Virus record (IMG/VR): IMGVR_UViG_3300031784_000023
Location: 7,254-71,253 of that record
Length of the DNA stretch: 64,000 nt
From: a virus
Direction: 5' to 3' (one strand)
Numbering within the stretch: position 1 is the stretch's first letter; each line of letters starts with the position of its first letter. The translations under genes were made by a program, and so were the position numbers. A model generated the notes under the pieces. That model searched no databases. It had not been told where the DNA came from and saw nothing but the letters and a program-made list of their open reading frames with translations. This document shows positions 18,876-27,661 of this stretch, piece after piece.

Positions 18876-20612
18876 TCAGAACAGGGGCATTTTTTCAAGG
18901 GTCTGGTACGCCTGCGGAGCAAGCGTGGCGTTTAAATCCGCCGCTCCTTGAGTACTAAAAGCAGCATTCATCGCTGCAGCACGCGCTTGCCCGGCGGCGT
19001 TATTGGGGGTGTTAGTGCCCATGGAAGTACCCAGAACAGCGCCTTGCGCCACGGGCATCTGTTGATTAGGACCGCGACGCTGCATTTGAAGTTGCAGACG
19101 GTAGGCAAGCTCGGGGTTAGCTTTTGCCCAAGTTTCTAAAGCTGCCTCGGTTTCAATGCCGACGGAAGCAGGTGCGCCCATTCCTTTAAGTGCGCCGATA
19201 ATTTGTTCCGACCGGCCAGGAGCACCAGCGTAAGCCGCTTGAACACGGTAAAAATCACCAATGTTCTGGTACTGAGAAGCATCTTGACGGAGGCCCTGGG
19301 CTGCGTTTTGAATTGCTTGACGATACTCGGATTCTCGCGAATCCATAAGTTGCGGTACCGACCCGGCCCCCATGGAGCTACCGACGGGAGCTGCCGGGGC
19401 TTGCCCGCCAATCGGAGCCGACGGACCAGGAGCAAAAGGCGCAGCAGGAGCGCTAAGTGAACTGGGGTTGACGGTACCTGGGATTGCGTTGGTGCTACCA
19501 GCAATAGGTTGAGGGGCAGCCGTTAAAGGAGCACCAGTAACAGAGGGAGTATTAGCGCCGAACTCAGGAGTAGCTGTGGGAGCGCCTAGTTGAGTCTCGC
19601 CCGGAGTAGAGAGCTGCTCTTGACGGCCGGACATATAAGCAGCAAGACCAAGACCGCCTAAAATCCCACCGCCGACGAAAGGTGCAACAGGCATCCGCAA
19701 GGAAGCAGAAGTCCCGCCAGCTGCGGCGGCCCCAGCGGCAGCAGGAGACGAGAAAATCTGACCTAGATCAACGGTATTGATTCCGCCCATAGCATTAGCT
19801 CGGGTCGCAATAGGAGATCCCTCGGGCAGGGCTACTCCACGTCCGAGAATTTCATAAACATTTACGGGTTGAATACCTGGTTCAACTGCAGAACTTGTCG
19901 TGCGTGCGAGAGCGCCGCCCTGACCTCCAGTAGATAAACCGGCGCCGCCTGCAGGAGGAGCCATACCGCCTCCAACCGAACGCGTAAGATCACCGCCCCG
20001 ATTCATGTATTGAGTGGGAGTTGTTTCCAGCTGCCGGATCAGAGGAGAGTCAAATCCCTCGGTGCTCAACAGTGCTTCCATGACGTCGTCAGCATTGACG
20101 CCACGCTCTGCGGCCGTGGTCTCGACGATGGAACGAATACGGTTATACCCTTCAGGGTCTCGACGCATCAGTTCTTTACCGTAAGCAAAGGCAGGTTCAG
20201 GAGCTTGCGGGGAACTTAAAATCGGATAGGGACGGACAGTAGTGCTCGCGGGGATATCTTGACCTACAGGTAAAGAACGTTGCCCAGGAGCAACACCAGG
20301 AGTACGAGCCGGAAGAGTTTCGCGAGGAACATCGGCTTGGGGATATCCAGCGCGACGAGGAATTTGTTCTGCAGGAATTTCGCGGGGGCCGGGAAGTTGC
20401 CGCTGAAATCTCCCGGTGGATCGATCAGGAGGAACGTTTAGACGCGGTTGAACAGCAGGACCAGTAGGTGCGGAAGGAGTAGCGGAAGAGCTAGGTTGTA
20501 TCGTTTGCCGAATTTGCCGAGGGCTCGGCGCATCCGGAATCATGTTATTGATCATCCGGAGCCCGCCTTCAACAAGCGCTCGGATGGTTTTTTCGTATGC
20601 GCTGTACGACAT
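18876..20612 (-). CDS. Low-complexity P/A/G-rich protein (possible internal virion protein)
   Basis: 578-aa ORF. Confidence 0.7.
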   Translation of the reverse strand: MSYSAYEKTIRALVEGGLRMINNMIPDAPSPRQIRQTIQPSSSATPSAPTGPAVQPRLNVPPDRSTGRFQRQLPGPREIPAEQIPRRAGYPQADVPRETLPARTPGVAPGQRSLPVGQDIPASTTVRPYPILSSPQAPEPAFAYGKELMRRDPEGYNRIRSIVETTAAERGVNADDVMEALLSTEGFDSPLIRQLETTPTQYMNRGGDLTRSVGGGMAPPAGGAGLSTGGQGGALARTTSSAVEPGIQPVNVYEILGRGVALPEGSPIATRANAMGGINTVDLGQIFSSPAAAGAAAAGGTSASLRMPVAPFVGGGILGGLGLAAYMSGRQEQLSTPGETQLGAPTATPEFGANTPSVTGAPLTAAPQPIAGSTNAIPGTVNPSSLSAPAAPFAPGPSAPIGGQAPAAPVGSSMGAGSVPQLMDSRESEYRQAIQNAAQGLRQDASQYQNIGDFYRVQAAYAGAPGRSEQIIGALKGMGAPASVGIETEAALETWAKANPELAYRLQLQMQRRGPNQQMPVAQGAVLGTSMGTNTPNNAAGQARAAAMNAAFSTQGAADLNATLAPQAYQTLEKMPLF

Positions 20613-20637
20613 CCTAAAGACCTAGCCTGAGTTTATA

Positions 20638-21258
20638 TTAGCGCCAATCTGCGTAGAAATACAGACGATCAGCACGAGACACATCAGGTGGGCCAGGAAT
20701 AGCCTGGATAAATTCTGCGCCACTACGTTCAAATCTGTAACGAGATGCCACAGGGTCTTTGTAGTTGGCGACGTAAAGCATTTCTGCCAAACGACCCGTC
20801 TCGTACAGGTAGTTCTGTCGCCAAACTTTGGCTACTTCAGTTTTATCTTGAATGTTGATTGAACGGTTAACATCACCAAGGATTGTTTCTTGGCGGTTCG
20901 TGGCGCGACCAGCTGCAAGTTCTGTTAAACGCTCAGCTTCCTCACAGCGCTCAATCTGCTGGATAATTTTATCGTAGTAAAATTCACTAGATATACTATT
21001 ACAAGCCTCTAATAACCTGGCATAATCACCAGCAGGTACAGTAGCTATCGCGTAACCCAAGTGATAGCATACTCTACTGAAGTTAAAATCATCTAACCTG
21101 TAACCAAATACAGCGGCAGGATTACGCGTTAGCTGATTAACAGCAGCGTAAACTACTTGTCTTTTGGTGGCGTCAGTAGTGTCAGGCTGAAAAACAACGC
21201 CTTGTTGTGCTAAATAACTTTGAAGTTGTTCTAGCTCTTGTTGTGTAAACTGGGCCAC
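20638..21258 (-). CDS. Hypothetical protein, possible head completion protein
   Basis: Helical protein downstream of capsid genes; function inferred from position only. Confidence 0.55.
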   Translation of the reverse strand: MAQFTQQELEQLQSYLAQQGVVFQPDTTDATKRQVVYAAVNQLTRNPAAVFGYRLDDFNFSRVCYHLGYAIATVPAGDYARLLEACNSISSEFYYDKIIQQIERCEEAERLTELAAGRATNRQETILGDVNRSINIQDKTEVAKVWRQNYLYETGRLAEMLYVANYKDPVASRYRFERSGAEFIQAIPGPPDVSRADRLYFYADWR

Positions 21259-21313
21259 AACTACCGACGCCTACAGTACACCTATTGTACTCTTTATTTA
21301 TTTAATCCAAGGA

Positions 21314-21754
21314 TTATTCAACGTAGATCGCATCACTGAGGATCTCATCCCAGTTAATGTGTTTAATTTGGCGGAGCTGCTCCAGTTTTGAAAAGCGCTC
21401 ACCCGGCAGGGACATGCGGAGCTCGATGATCTCGTTGGCGGTCTTAAGGCCCACGCCGGGAAGAATCTGCGTCAGCAGCTCGGGGGTAGCGCCGTTCAGA
21501 TTGAAACGACTTGGCGCAGGCACTTGGGGCTTAACAATCTGACGACCCCGTCGCGACTTAACGGGTTTTGCGCCCTGTTCTGAATCTGTATCTCCTTCCT
21601 TTTGCTCGATCTGATTTTTATGGGCAAAAAAGACTTTACCCGTGGTTTTAGACTTAACCATAAAGTACTCACCGTCATCATGAGTACTGAGGATATCTAC
21701 TTTAACACCACTAGGTGTATAGGTGACGTCTTGAGGAACAGTGGCAGTCATCAT
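21314..21754 (-). CDS. Helix-hairpin-helix (ComEA-like) DNA-binding protein
   Basis: NLNGATPELLTQILPGVGLKTANEII. Confidence 0.8.
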   Translation of the reverse strand: MMTATVPQDVTYTPSGVKVDILSTHDDGEYFMVKSKTTGKVFFAHKNQIEQKEGDTDSEQGAKPVKSRRGRQIVKPQVPAPSRFNLNGATPELLTQILPGVGLKTANEIIELRMSLPGERFSKLEQLRQIKHINWDEILSDAIYVE

Positions 21755-21813
21755 AAAGATACGACTTTCGCAGAGTATAGGACAAAGTTAGAATAGAGGA
21801 AAGGTAACGAACC

Positions 21814-22293
21814 ATGCCCAACCCTTTTAACTTACTTAGATTTGCAAATCAAGTACCTGGCGTAGGCAAAGCTTTAAGAGCTGTATACGCAGTTGCTCCG
21901 GATGTAGGCATTGGGTTGCCCCTTGAACTCCTAATGTCTACAAAAAAATCCCCAAAAAAAGAAAGAACAGCTGGACTAAACACAGCAGCAGAAGTTGCCA
22001 CGTCGCTTGTACTAGGTGGAGCCGAAACAATTCCTCAGCTGACTCAGTTAGCTACGGACCCAGGAATCCTGAAAGCGCTCGGGCAAGAAGGGCTCAGCAA
22101 AAACGAAATAATTCGAAATTTAAATGCGCGAGCTCGCACGATCAACCCCAGCATGTATACCGAGCAGTTGGTAGAACAAATTGTTGAAGGTCAGATCGAC
22201 GCGGAAAAAGAACGGCTGATGCAGGAAGCCCGCAATCGCCTGCGTGGAATCGAAGTACCCCTGCCGACCTCAAGCATGATGCAGATGCGTTAA
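21814..22293 (+). CDS. Hypothetical protein
   Basis: TAGAAT and GAGG upstream. Confidence 0.6.
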   Translation: MPNPFNLLRFANQVPGVGKALRAVYAVAPDVGIGLPLELLMSTKKSPKKERTAGLNTAAEVATSLVLGGAETIPQLTQLATDPGILKALGQEGLSKNEIIRNLNARARTINPSMYTEQLVEQIVEGQIDAEKERLMQEARNRLRGIEVPLPTSSMMQMR

Positions 22294-22296
22294 GGC

Positions 22297-22324
22297 AATA
22301 AAAAACCCCTCCCGGAGGAGGGGT
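22297..22324 (-). terminator. Rho-independent terminator of capsid operon
   Basis: ACCCCTCC-4nt-GGAGGGGT stem followed by a U-run on the minus strand. Confidence 0.8.
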
Positions 22325-22346
22325 CCCCTTTGCCGACCTGAGTATA

Positions 22347-23225
22347 TCAGGAAGGAACGGTCGAAGTGAACACCGAAGATTCCACCACGCCGCCAGGCTG
22401 GAGGGCCACATCGTCGCGCTTAGGAGCGACATCGGGCACGATCCAGCAGACTTCGCAAATTGCAAGAGCCTTGTTGTTGCCGGCCAGTTTGCCAGCTTGG
22501 GCGCGAGGATCGAAGGTGCCAGAAGCCAGAGCAAGACCCGAAGCGGCAACGCCGCCCAGGTTGCGAGTGGCGAACAGCTTCCAAGTAGTCTCGGCACTCA
22601 GAGCAGACAGCTTGCTGGAGTCGATGATGTTCACCGAAGCGTTGCTGCCGTTCTCGATCCGGCTGTTGGAACCGGTCACGGAGGCGCCGAATTGGCCGGA
22701 CACCACAGTGCCGTCGCTCCGCAGACCTTGGCTCACTGCAGGAACCAGGCTGAGCTGAGGAGTGGCGCTACCGCCGCCCACGCCGCTGCTGATCACGTCG
22801 CCGCCATCAACACGCAGAGAAGCACGGTACACATAAGCACCCGAAGGCACTGCAATACCGTTAGCGATGTCTGCACGCACATCCTTGTGATAATCCGGGG
22901 AGGGGATAATCACATTGGCGCTGCTGAAGGCTTGGTTAGAGCCGTTCAGACCAGAACCGTAGGGCTGAGCGTAGTACTCAAGCTGATTAACGGAACCGAG
23001 GGCCTGGTAAGACAGGTCCACGTAGCCGATTGCCTGTTGGGCAATCCAGCCGGGACGGAACACCACGCCGACAGGACCGCCAATAGGCTGGTTGGTCAGA
23101 GTTTCGGAGGTTCCGTTCTCGTTGTTGAAAACAACGGACTTCTCTTCGTGCCAGTAACGAAGAACGTTGGTGTAGTTACCAGGATAGATCTTGGCAACTT
23201 GAAGCTGGTTAGGGTTGATTGCCAT
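22347..23225 (-). CDS. Putative capsid decoration/minor structural protein
   Basis: Directly downstream of MCP with strong GAGGAGG RBS and similar codon style. Confidence 0.65.
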   Translation of the reverse strand: MAINPNQLQVAKIYPGNYTNVLRYWHEEKSVVFNNENGTSETLTNQPIGGPVGVVFRPGWIAQQAIGYVDLSYQALGSVNQLEYYAQPYGSGLNGSNQAFSSANVIIPSPDYHKDVRADIANGIAVPSGAYVYRASLRVDGGDVISSGVGGGSATPQLSLVPAVSQGLRSDGTVVSGQFGASVTGSNSRIENGSNASVNIIDSSKLSALSAETTWKLFATRNLGGVAASGLALASGTFDPRAQAGKLAGNNKALAICEVCWIVPDVAPKRDDVALQPGGVVESSVFTSTVPS

Positions 23226-23239
23226 CGTTAGTTACCTCC

Positions 23240-24248
23240 TCAAGCGTTAAAGGAGTAAGCCACGGTGGCGAAATCAGCGTTCAGGAGTTCGAAACCTGCG
23301 TACAGGCTCCAAATCATCATGATGAAACGGCTGAAGTCGTCGTTGTTGTTCAGGAGCACCTGAGCGTTGTTGCCGCCGATACCGACGCCCACGCTCTGGG
23401 GACCGAAGAACATACCGATTGCACTCTCATAAGAAGCGCTGGTACCGCCGATGGTAGCAGTCTGACTCTGAGAAGGCATGTTGGTCGATTCGAAGAAGCG
23501 AACGCCTTCGAACACGAAACCGGTGGGCATGATGGGCTCACCAGCCACGAAGCTGGCTTGACCAAAGCCCTGACCCATGTAGATAGCAGCGTTGGGCTGC
23601 ATACCGGACATGAGGGGGTTGATCTGACCGTTGCCAGGATAACGAGCCACTTCACGGAAGTCGCTGTTCTGACGCAGGTGCATCAGGAAGGTAGGATCGC
23701 AAACACAGCGATAGAAACCGTCCTGATAAGTAGGAACGTTACGCTTACGCAGGCTCTTCACCACGCGCAGCAGGTCGTCCTTAACGTCGAACTTGGCTTG
23801 TTCGGCGTTGGAGTAGGTCAGCGAACCGACGGCAAGGTCGCCAGGGTAGTAGTAACCACCTTGGGTGTCGGAAGCTTGACCCTTAGAAACTGCTTTCAGG
23901 AGTTCGTTAATGAACACCCGGTCACGCCAACGACGATAGTCGTCGAGCAGAGTCAGCGAACCGATGGACTGGTGGAAAGCGGTGAGGTTACCGGTATCCA
24001 GCAGCAGGCGCTGTGCAGTGATCAGGGTTTCCCGAGCAATCTTAAAGGTGCTCGGCTGAGTGGGATCGGACGGATCAGCAGGACCGGTGTACTCCTTAAG
24101 AGTCACCAGCACTTTGTCCTTCACAATGTTGCGGCTGTTAGCAGTACCGATGGTCTGCTCTGCAGTACGCTCACGGGATTCCTTGCTGCCGGGGTTACCC
24201 CAGAAGCGATAACGATCAAGCTGAACGGTCTGGCCGGGTTGTTTGCTA
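23240..24248 (-). CDS. Major capsid protein, exon 2 (spliced product 371 aa)
   Basis: Frame is open upstream of ORF 23240-24124 to (F)SKQPGQTVQLDRY; GFVFEGVRFFES...DDFSRF capsid-like motifs; follows portal and scaffold. Confidence 0.85.
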
Positions 24249-25243
24249 CCTGTAATGCTTTAATAAGCACCGAGAGGCTCTTTATCCTCTCGTAACATCA
24301 ACTTAAGGGCGTTGATGAGTAGACTATATCTTCACCCACAGCAGGATTTTCCTCTGTTTGGGTGCTCCGCACTCGTGTCACCTTATCGGCTTCTACAACA
24401 AAGTTGTTGCGGTCAGCCTCGCTCCATTTTGACTTTCCTCGATTAGTTCGAGTGTCATAACGGAGGTCAAATTTGTATTGCATAGCTTTACAACCATAAG
24501 GCTTAAGTGCTTCTACAAAATTCCTAGCGTTTGTTCCGTTAGCACGAAGATTCCACAAATTTGGATTCTTTTTAGCTGAAGGTACGCGAGGAGTTAAAGA
24601 AGCTCCTGTAAGACTTTCTATCCAATCTGATACCGTCAAAGCAGTATCATAAGGGACGTATAAAGCCAGCTCTACAATGCGTTCCCTAATGTAAGGTTCC
24701 CCGGTTCGCGTAGATTGGCCACGCTTTCGCAGGTGTAAGTTCCCGTCGTCCATGTACAGAACGGCAAGACCCTCTAAACCAATATCCCTTAGGAAAGTAG
24801 CTGTAAAAACTTTCTTCCCTTGAGGATACAGTTCCCTATAAATAGGTATTAACAGCTCGTTCTGATTAGACCACCACTGACAGGAAGGAAAAGTTCCGGT
24901 CTGGCAGTCAGACTCGCGATCCTTTATGGGCTGTTTAATACCCAGAATTCGGTTTAAGCGCCCCACTTTCCAGCGAAGGAACTCAAACTGTTTTCTTGAA
25001 TGGGCTATGTGGAGACTAGGGTAAGTAGTCACCTGCCGTAAATGGCCGTCACCCAAACAAACCCCTTTTAAAAAGGAGCGATCGCTACGAGAGAGCATTT
25101 GAGCAGTGTTAGTCGTTGAACCTTCCAACCATTTCTGATTGGCTTGGCTGCTGATTGGCCTCCCTTTCGGGTCCGGCGTTCCAGCAATTCACGGAGTTTA
25201 ACCTAAAGGCTTTCACCTAAAGGGACTCTAGACCCATGGGTCC
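24249..25243 (-). mobile_element. Group I self-splicing intron (IA-like), 995 nt, in major capsid gene
   Basis: P AATTGCTGGAAC, Q AATCAGCAGCC, R GTTCAACGACTA, S AAGATATAGTCT; P1 GACUU/GAGUC with U.G at the splice site; terminal G; removal restores the frame (GAC TT^T AGC). Confidence 0.93.
24298..25098 (-). CDS. Intron-encoded two-motif LAGLIDADG homing endonuclease
   Basis: FLKGVCLGDGHL and GLAVLYMDDGNL motifs; ATG at 25098 (alternative TTG at 25128). Confidence 0.88.
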   Translation of the reverse strand: MLSRSDRSFLKGVCLGDGHLRQVTTYPSLHIAHSRKQFEFLRWKVGRLNRILGIKQPIKDRESDCQTGTFPSCQWWSNQNELLIPIYRELYPQGKKVFTATFLRDIGLEGLAVLYMDDGNLHLRKRGQSTRTGEPYIRERIVELALYVPYDTALTVSDWIESLTGASLTPRVPSAKKNPNLWNLRANGTNARNFVEALKPYGCKAMQYKFDLRYDTRTNRGKSKWSEADRNNFVVEADKVTRVRSTQTEENPAVGEDIVYSSTPLS

Positions 25244-25350
25244 AAGTCATGCACCACAACCGGCTCTGCAGCCATCTCTACAACATACGCTGGGTGCGGA
25301 CGGTAGAGCTCTGCGCCGAGCAGCTTCGGAAAATCATTGTCGACGAACAA
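25244..25350 (-). CDS. Major capsid protein, exon 1
   Basis: GGAGGT RBS then TTG; MFVDNDFPKLLGAELYRPHPAYVVEMAAEPVVVHD plus TT. Confidence 0.85.
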
Positions 25351-25430
25351 AGCGTCAACCTCCGAAGAACTACATACGTAATCTAACTAGAGAATCAATA
25401 GATTAAAAGACCCTTGTCTCGTTTTTAGCG

Positions 25431-26144
25431 TTAACCTAATTTACGGCTGAGATTACGTACGCTCTCTGACAGTTGGTAGTAAATGGAGCCGTAATTAGAA
25501 ACATATTTGGCCGCACCGCCGCGATACATGAATCTAAAAGGAACGGACATAAGCCCAGGTTCTTCCGTACGGATCGTCTGTGTATACGTTTTGCAGTACA
25601 CCGGCGGGTTGTAAACCCACTCAGATCGATTAGAAGTTCCCAGCGGACCTAGCGAATTGGTAAGGATGCCTCCTTCATATCGCCCGTGGGTAACGCCGCC
25701 GCCGGTTATACCTTGCTGCCCTGTGTTACCAGTTGGCGTATTGTACGGATCATATAGTTGAGAATCGGGTGCAGAGCCTCCGAAGTACGTAAATTTTCCT
25801 GCGTCCCGGACGCCATAATCCGGTCCGGTAAAAGTCTGAACTTTACGACCGGCAATCGTATTAACAGTGACGGGCCGGTAACCTTGGTACGAGCTTAGAA
25901 CACCGCTCGGTGCGTAATCGATGTTCTCGTAGTCAGTCCAATACCCAGAAACCGCTGCAGGAACTTGCCGCCACGCGGTCGAATACGTACCGCTGTAGCT
26001 AGGTGAGCCAGCGACAATCCTACCTACGTCTGCTCCGGTATCTTGAATACCAGAACTGACTACGACATAACCTTGATAAGAGGGTCCGGTCTGTACCTGA
26101 TGAGGCCCAGAATCATAGTTGTAATTTCGATACGATATATACAT
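25431..26144 (-). CDS. Y/G/S-rich putative structural protein
   Basis: ORF track; TAGAAT 24 nt upstream. Confidence 0.65.
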   Translation of the reverse strand: MYISYRNYNYDSGPHQVQTGPSYQGYVVVSSGIQDTGADVGRIVAGSPSYSGTYSTAWRQVPAAVSGYWTDYENIDYAPSGVLSSYQGYRPVTVNTIAGRKVQTFTGPDYGVRDAGKFTYFGGSAPDSQLYDPYNTPTGNTGQQGITGGGVTHGRYEGGILTNSLGPLGTSNRSEWVYNPPVYCKTYTQTIRTEEPGLMSVPFRFMYRGGAAKYVSNYGSIYYQLSESVRNLSRKLG

Positions 26145-26170
26145 TTAAAGCAGCCAGAGCTGCCTTAATT

Positions 26171-26380
26171 CTAAGCGGCAGGGGTGTTATCAGTCGGAGC
26201 TTCGACAGCGGTGTTATCGGTCGGAGCTTCGGCAGGGATTCGACTGTCAAGAGCACGAATATCGCTGCCGATTAAGGTTATATCCCGAGCGTAATTAGCT
26301 TTAAGCTCTTCGAGTTCTTTTTTAAGCTGCTCGACTTCGGTATTCTCTCCGCCACGGCGGCGACCAATGGAGTTGGGCAC
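26171..26380 (-). CDS. Hypothetical protein (27-bp EAPTDNT duplication)
   Basis: ORF track. Confidence 0.55.
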   Translation of the reverse strand: MPNSIGRRRGGENTEVEQLKKELEELKANYARDITLIGSDIRALDSRIPAEAPTDNTAVEAPTDNTPAA

Positions 26381-26383
26381 GGA

Positions 26384-26566
26384 TTACTTACCTTTGTTCT
26401 TTTTGTATTTTACAGCTTTTTTCTTTGCTTCCTCGCGATTTTTCACACGCTCAGGAAGATCACCTTTGGTCTTCTTTTCGTACTCATCTACCTTAGATTT
26501 AGAAATTTCACCGCGCTCCTGCATGGCATAGAATTTACGCCTTTGAGCCTCTGATTTAAAAGGCAT
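26384..26566 (-). CDS. Small basic protein
   Basis: MPFKSEAQRRKFYA...LPERV. Confidence 0.7.
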   Translation of the reverse strand: MPFKSEAQRRKFYAMQERGEISKSKVDEYEKKTKGDLPERVKNREEAKKKAVKYKKNKGK

Positions 26567-26621
26567 CGTAATAAATGGTTTTTAACAGTCTACTTAATAA
26601 ATAGTTTTTAACAATGCACTC

Positions 26622-26652
26622 AATAAAAAACCCCCGTTGTCCAGACGGGGGT
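26622..26652 (-). terminator. Rho-independent terminator
   Basis: ACCCCCGT/ACGGGGGT stem followed by a U-run. Confidence 0.75.
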
Positions 26653-26707
26653 AAAAAGATTCGTCCACCATGCGAACGGTGTTTTACACCGTTGAACTAA
26701 CTCTACC

Positions 26708-27661
26708 TCAGGCTTGATCCAAGAACAACAGCTTGGCTCGCAGAGACTCAGGAGACATGTTGTTCAGGTAACGCCAAGCTTGATCAGGAGCTTGGTTCAT
26801 AACCTGGCCAAACTGTTCCCACTGCGCGTTGGGGTCTTGAGTACGCTGACCGCCGGTAGCAGCGGCAGGCACAGCAGGCACCTGATCGTAGTTGGGTGTA
26901 TAGGACTGCTGTTGGAGAGCAGTGCGAGCGTTATCGGCAGCGATCTGTTCGTCAGTGCGAAGATCGGTGGGATACACCTCGGTGAAGAACCGGTTGGTGT
27001 AGTCAGCCAGATGATCAGGATCAGTCAGAATCTGCTCCATAGCCATGCCACGGGTGGCGATTTGCTCCAGAGTCTGATGCTGTTGAATCAGCGCATCCTC
27101 CAGGGTGGTGGAGTACTGATTCAAGATCGCAGGCGCTTCGAGGCCGAAGTGATTAACTACGGCGGCGCTTGCTTGGCTTAACTGCGGCTCCTGCGCCGTA
27201 GAAGTCGGCGAGGAAATTGGGGTCGTATAGACGCTGTTGGATAAGGTCGGCTGAACCGTAGGGGGTTGGTAAGCCCAGGGCTGTTGGGCCTGTAAAGCCA
27301 GATTGCTCTGTTGAATATCCGGCGCCGCTACCTGGGGCTGCGCTAACGATGCTGTCTGGCTGAGGGACGGGGAGAGCCGGGAAACGATCCGGTCCAGGCT
27401 GCCCAGCGCTGCCTCCCATGGGTTGCTCGGGGAGGAGGCTGACGGAAACTGGCTGGACTGGCTGTTGATAGAAGGGACCGTAGCCAGTTGTGCCGGCGAC
27501 GGCGCTTGGGCTGTAGTTGCCGAAGCTACCGCCGGGGTAGGGGTTTGCGCCACCCACTGAGGGTAGACGGTTGAGCCCATATCCGGGGAGAAGGCCGCCT
27601 GGGGCGCCGCTACTGCCGGGGAGACCGGGCTCGGGGTCGAAGCTGGGATCGCTTGGCTCAT
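26708..27661 (-). CDS. Putative capsid scaffolding protein
   Basis: Between portal and MCP; disordered N-half, helical C-half. Confidence 0.6.
   Translation of the reverse strand: MSQAIPASTPSPVSPAVAAPQAAFSPDMGSTVYPQWVAQTPTPAVASATTAQAPSPAQLATVPSINSQSSQFPSASSPSNPWEAALGSLDRIVSRLSPSLSQTASLAQPQVAAPDIQQSNLALQAQQPWAYQPPTVQPTLSNSVYTTPISSPTSTAQEPQLSQASAAVVNHFGLEAPAILNQYSTTLEDALIQQHQTLEQIATRGMAMEQILTDPDHLADYTNRFFTEVYPTDLRTDEQIAADNARTALQQQSYTPNYDQVPAVPAAATGGQRTQDPNAQWEQFGQVMNQAPDQAWRYLNNMSPESLRAKLLFLDQA

Noticed and set aside
24125-24248. Capsid gene starting at GTG 24124
   Set aside because: The frame continues upstream to the intron 3' splice site, and exon 1 with a strong RBS exists at 25244-25350.
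26183-26231. 27-bp tandem duplication
   Set aside because: In-frame low-complexity peptide duplication with no further structure.
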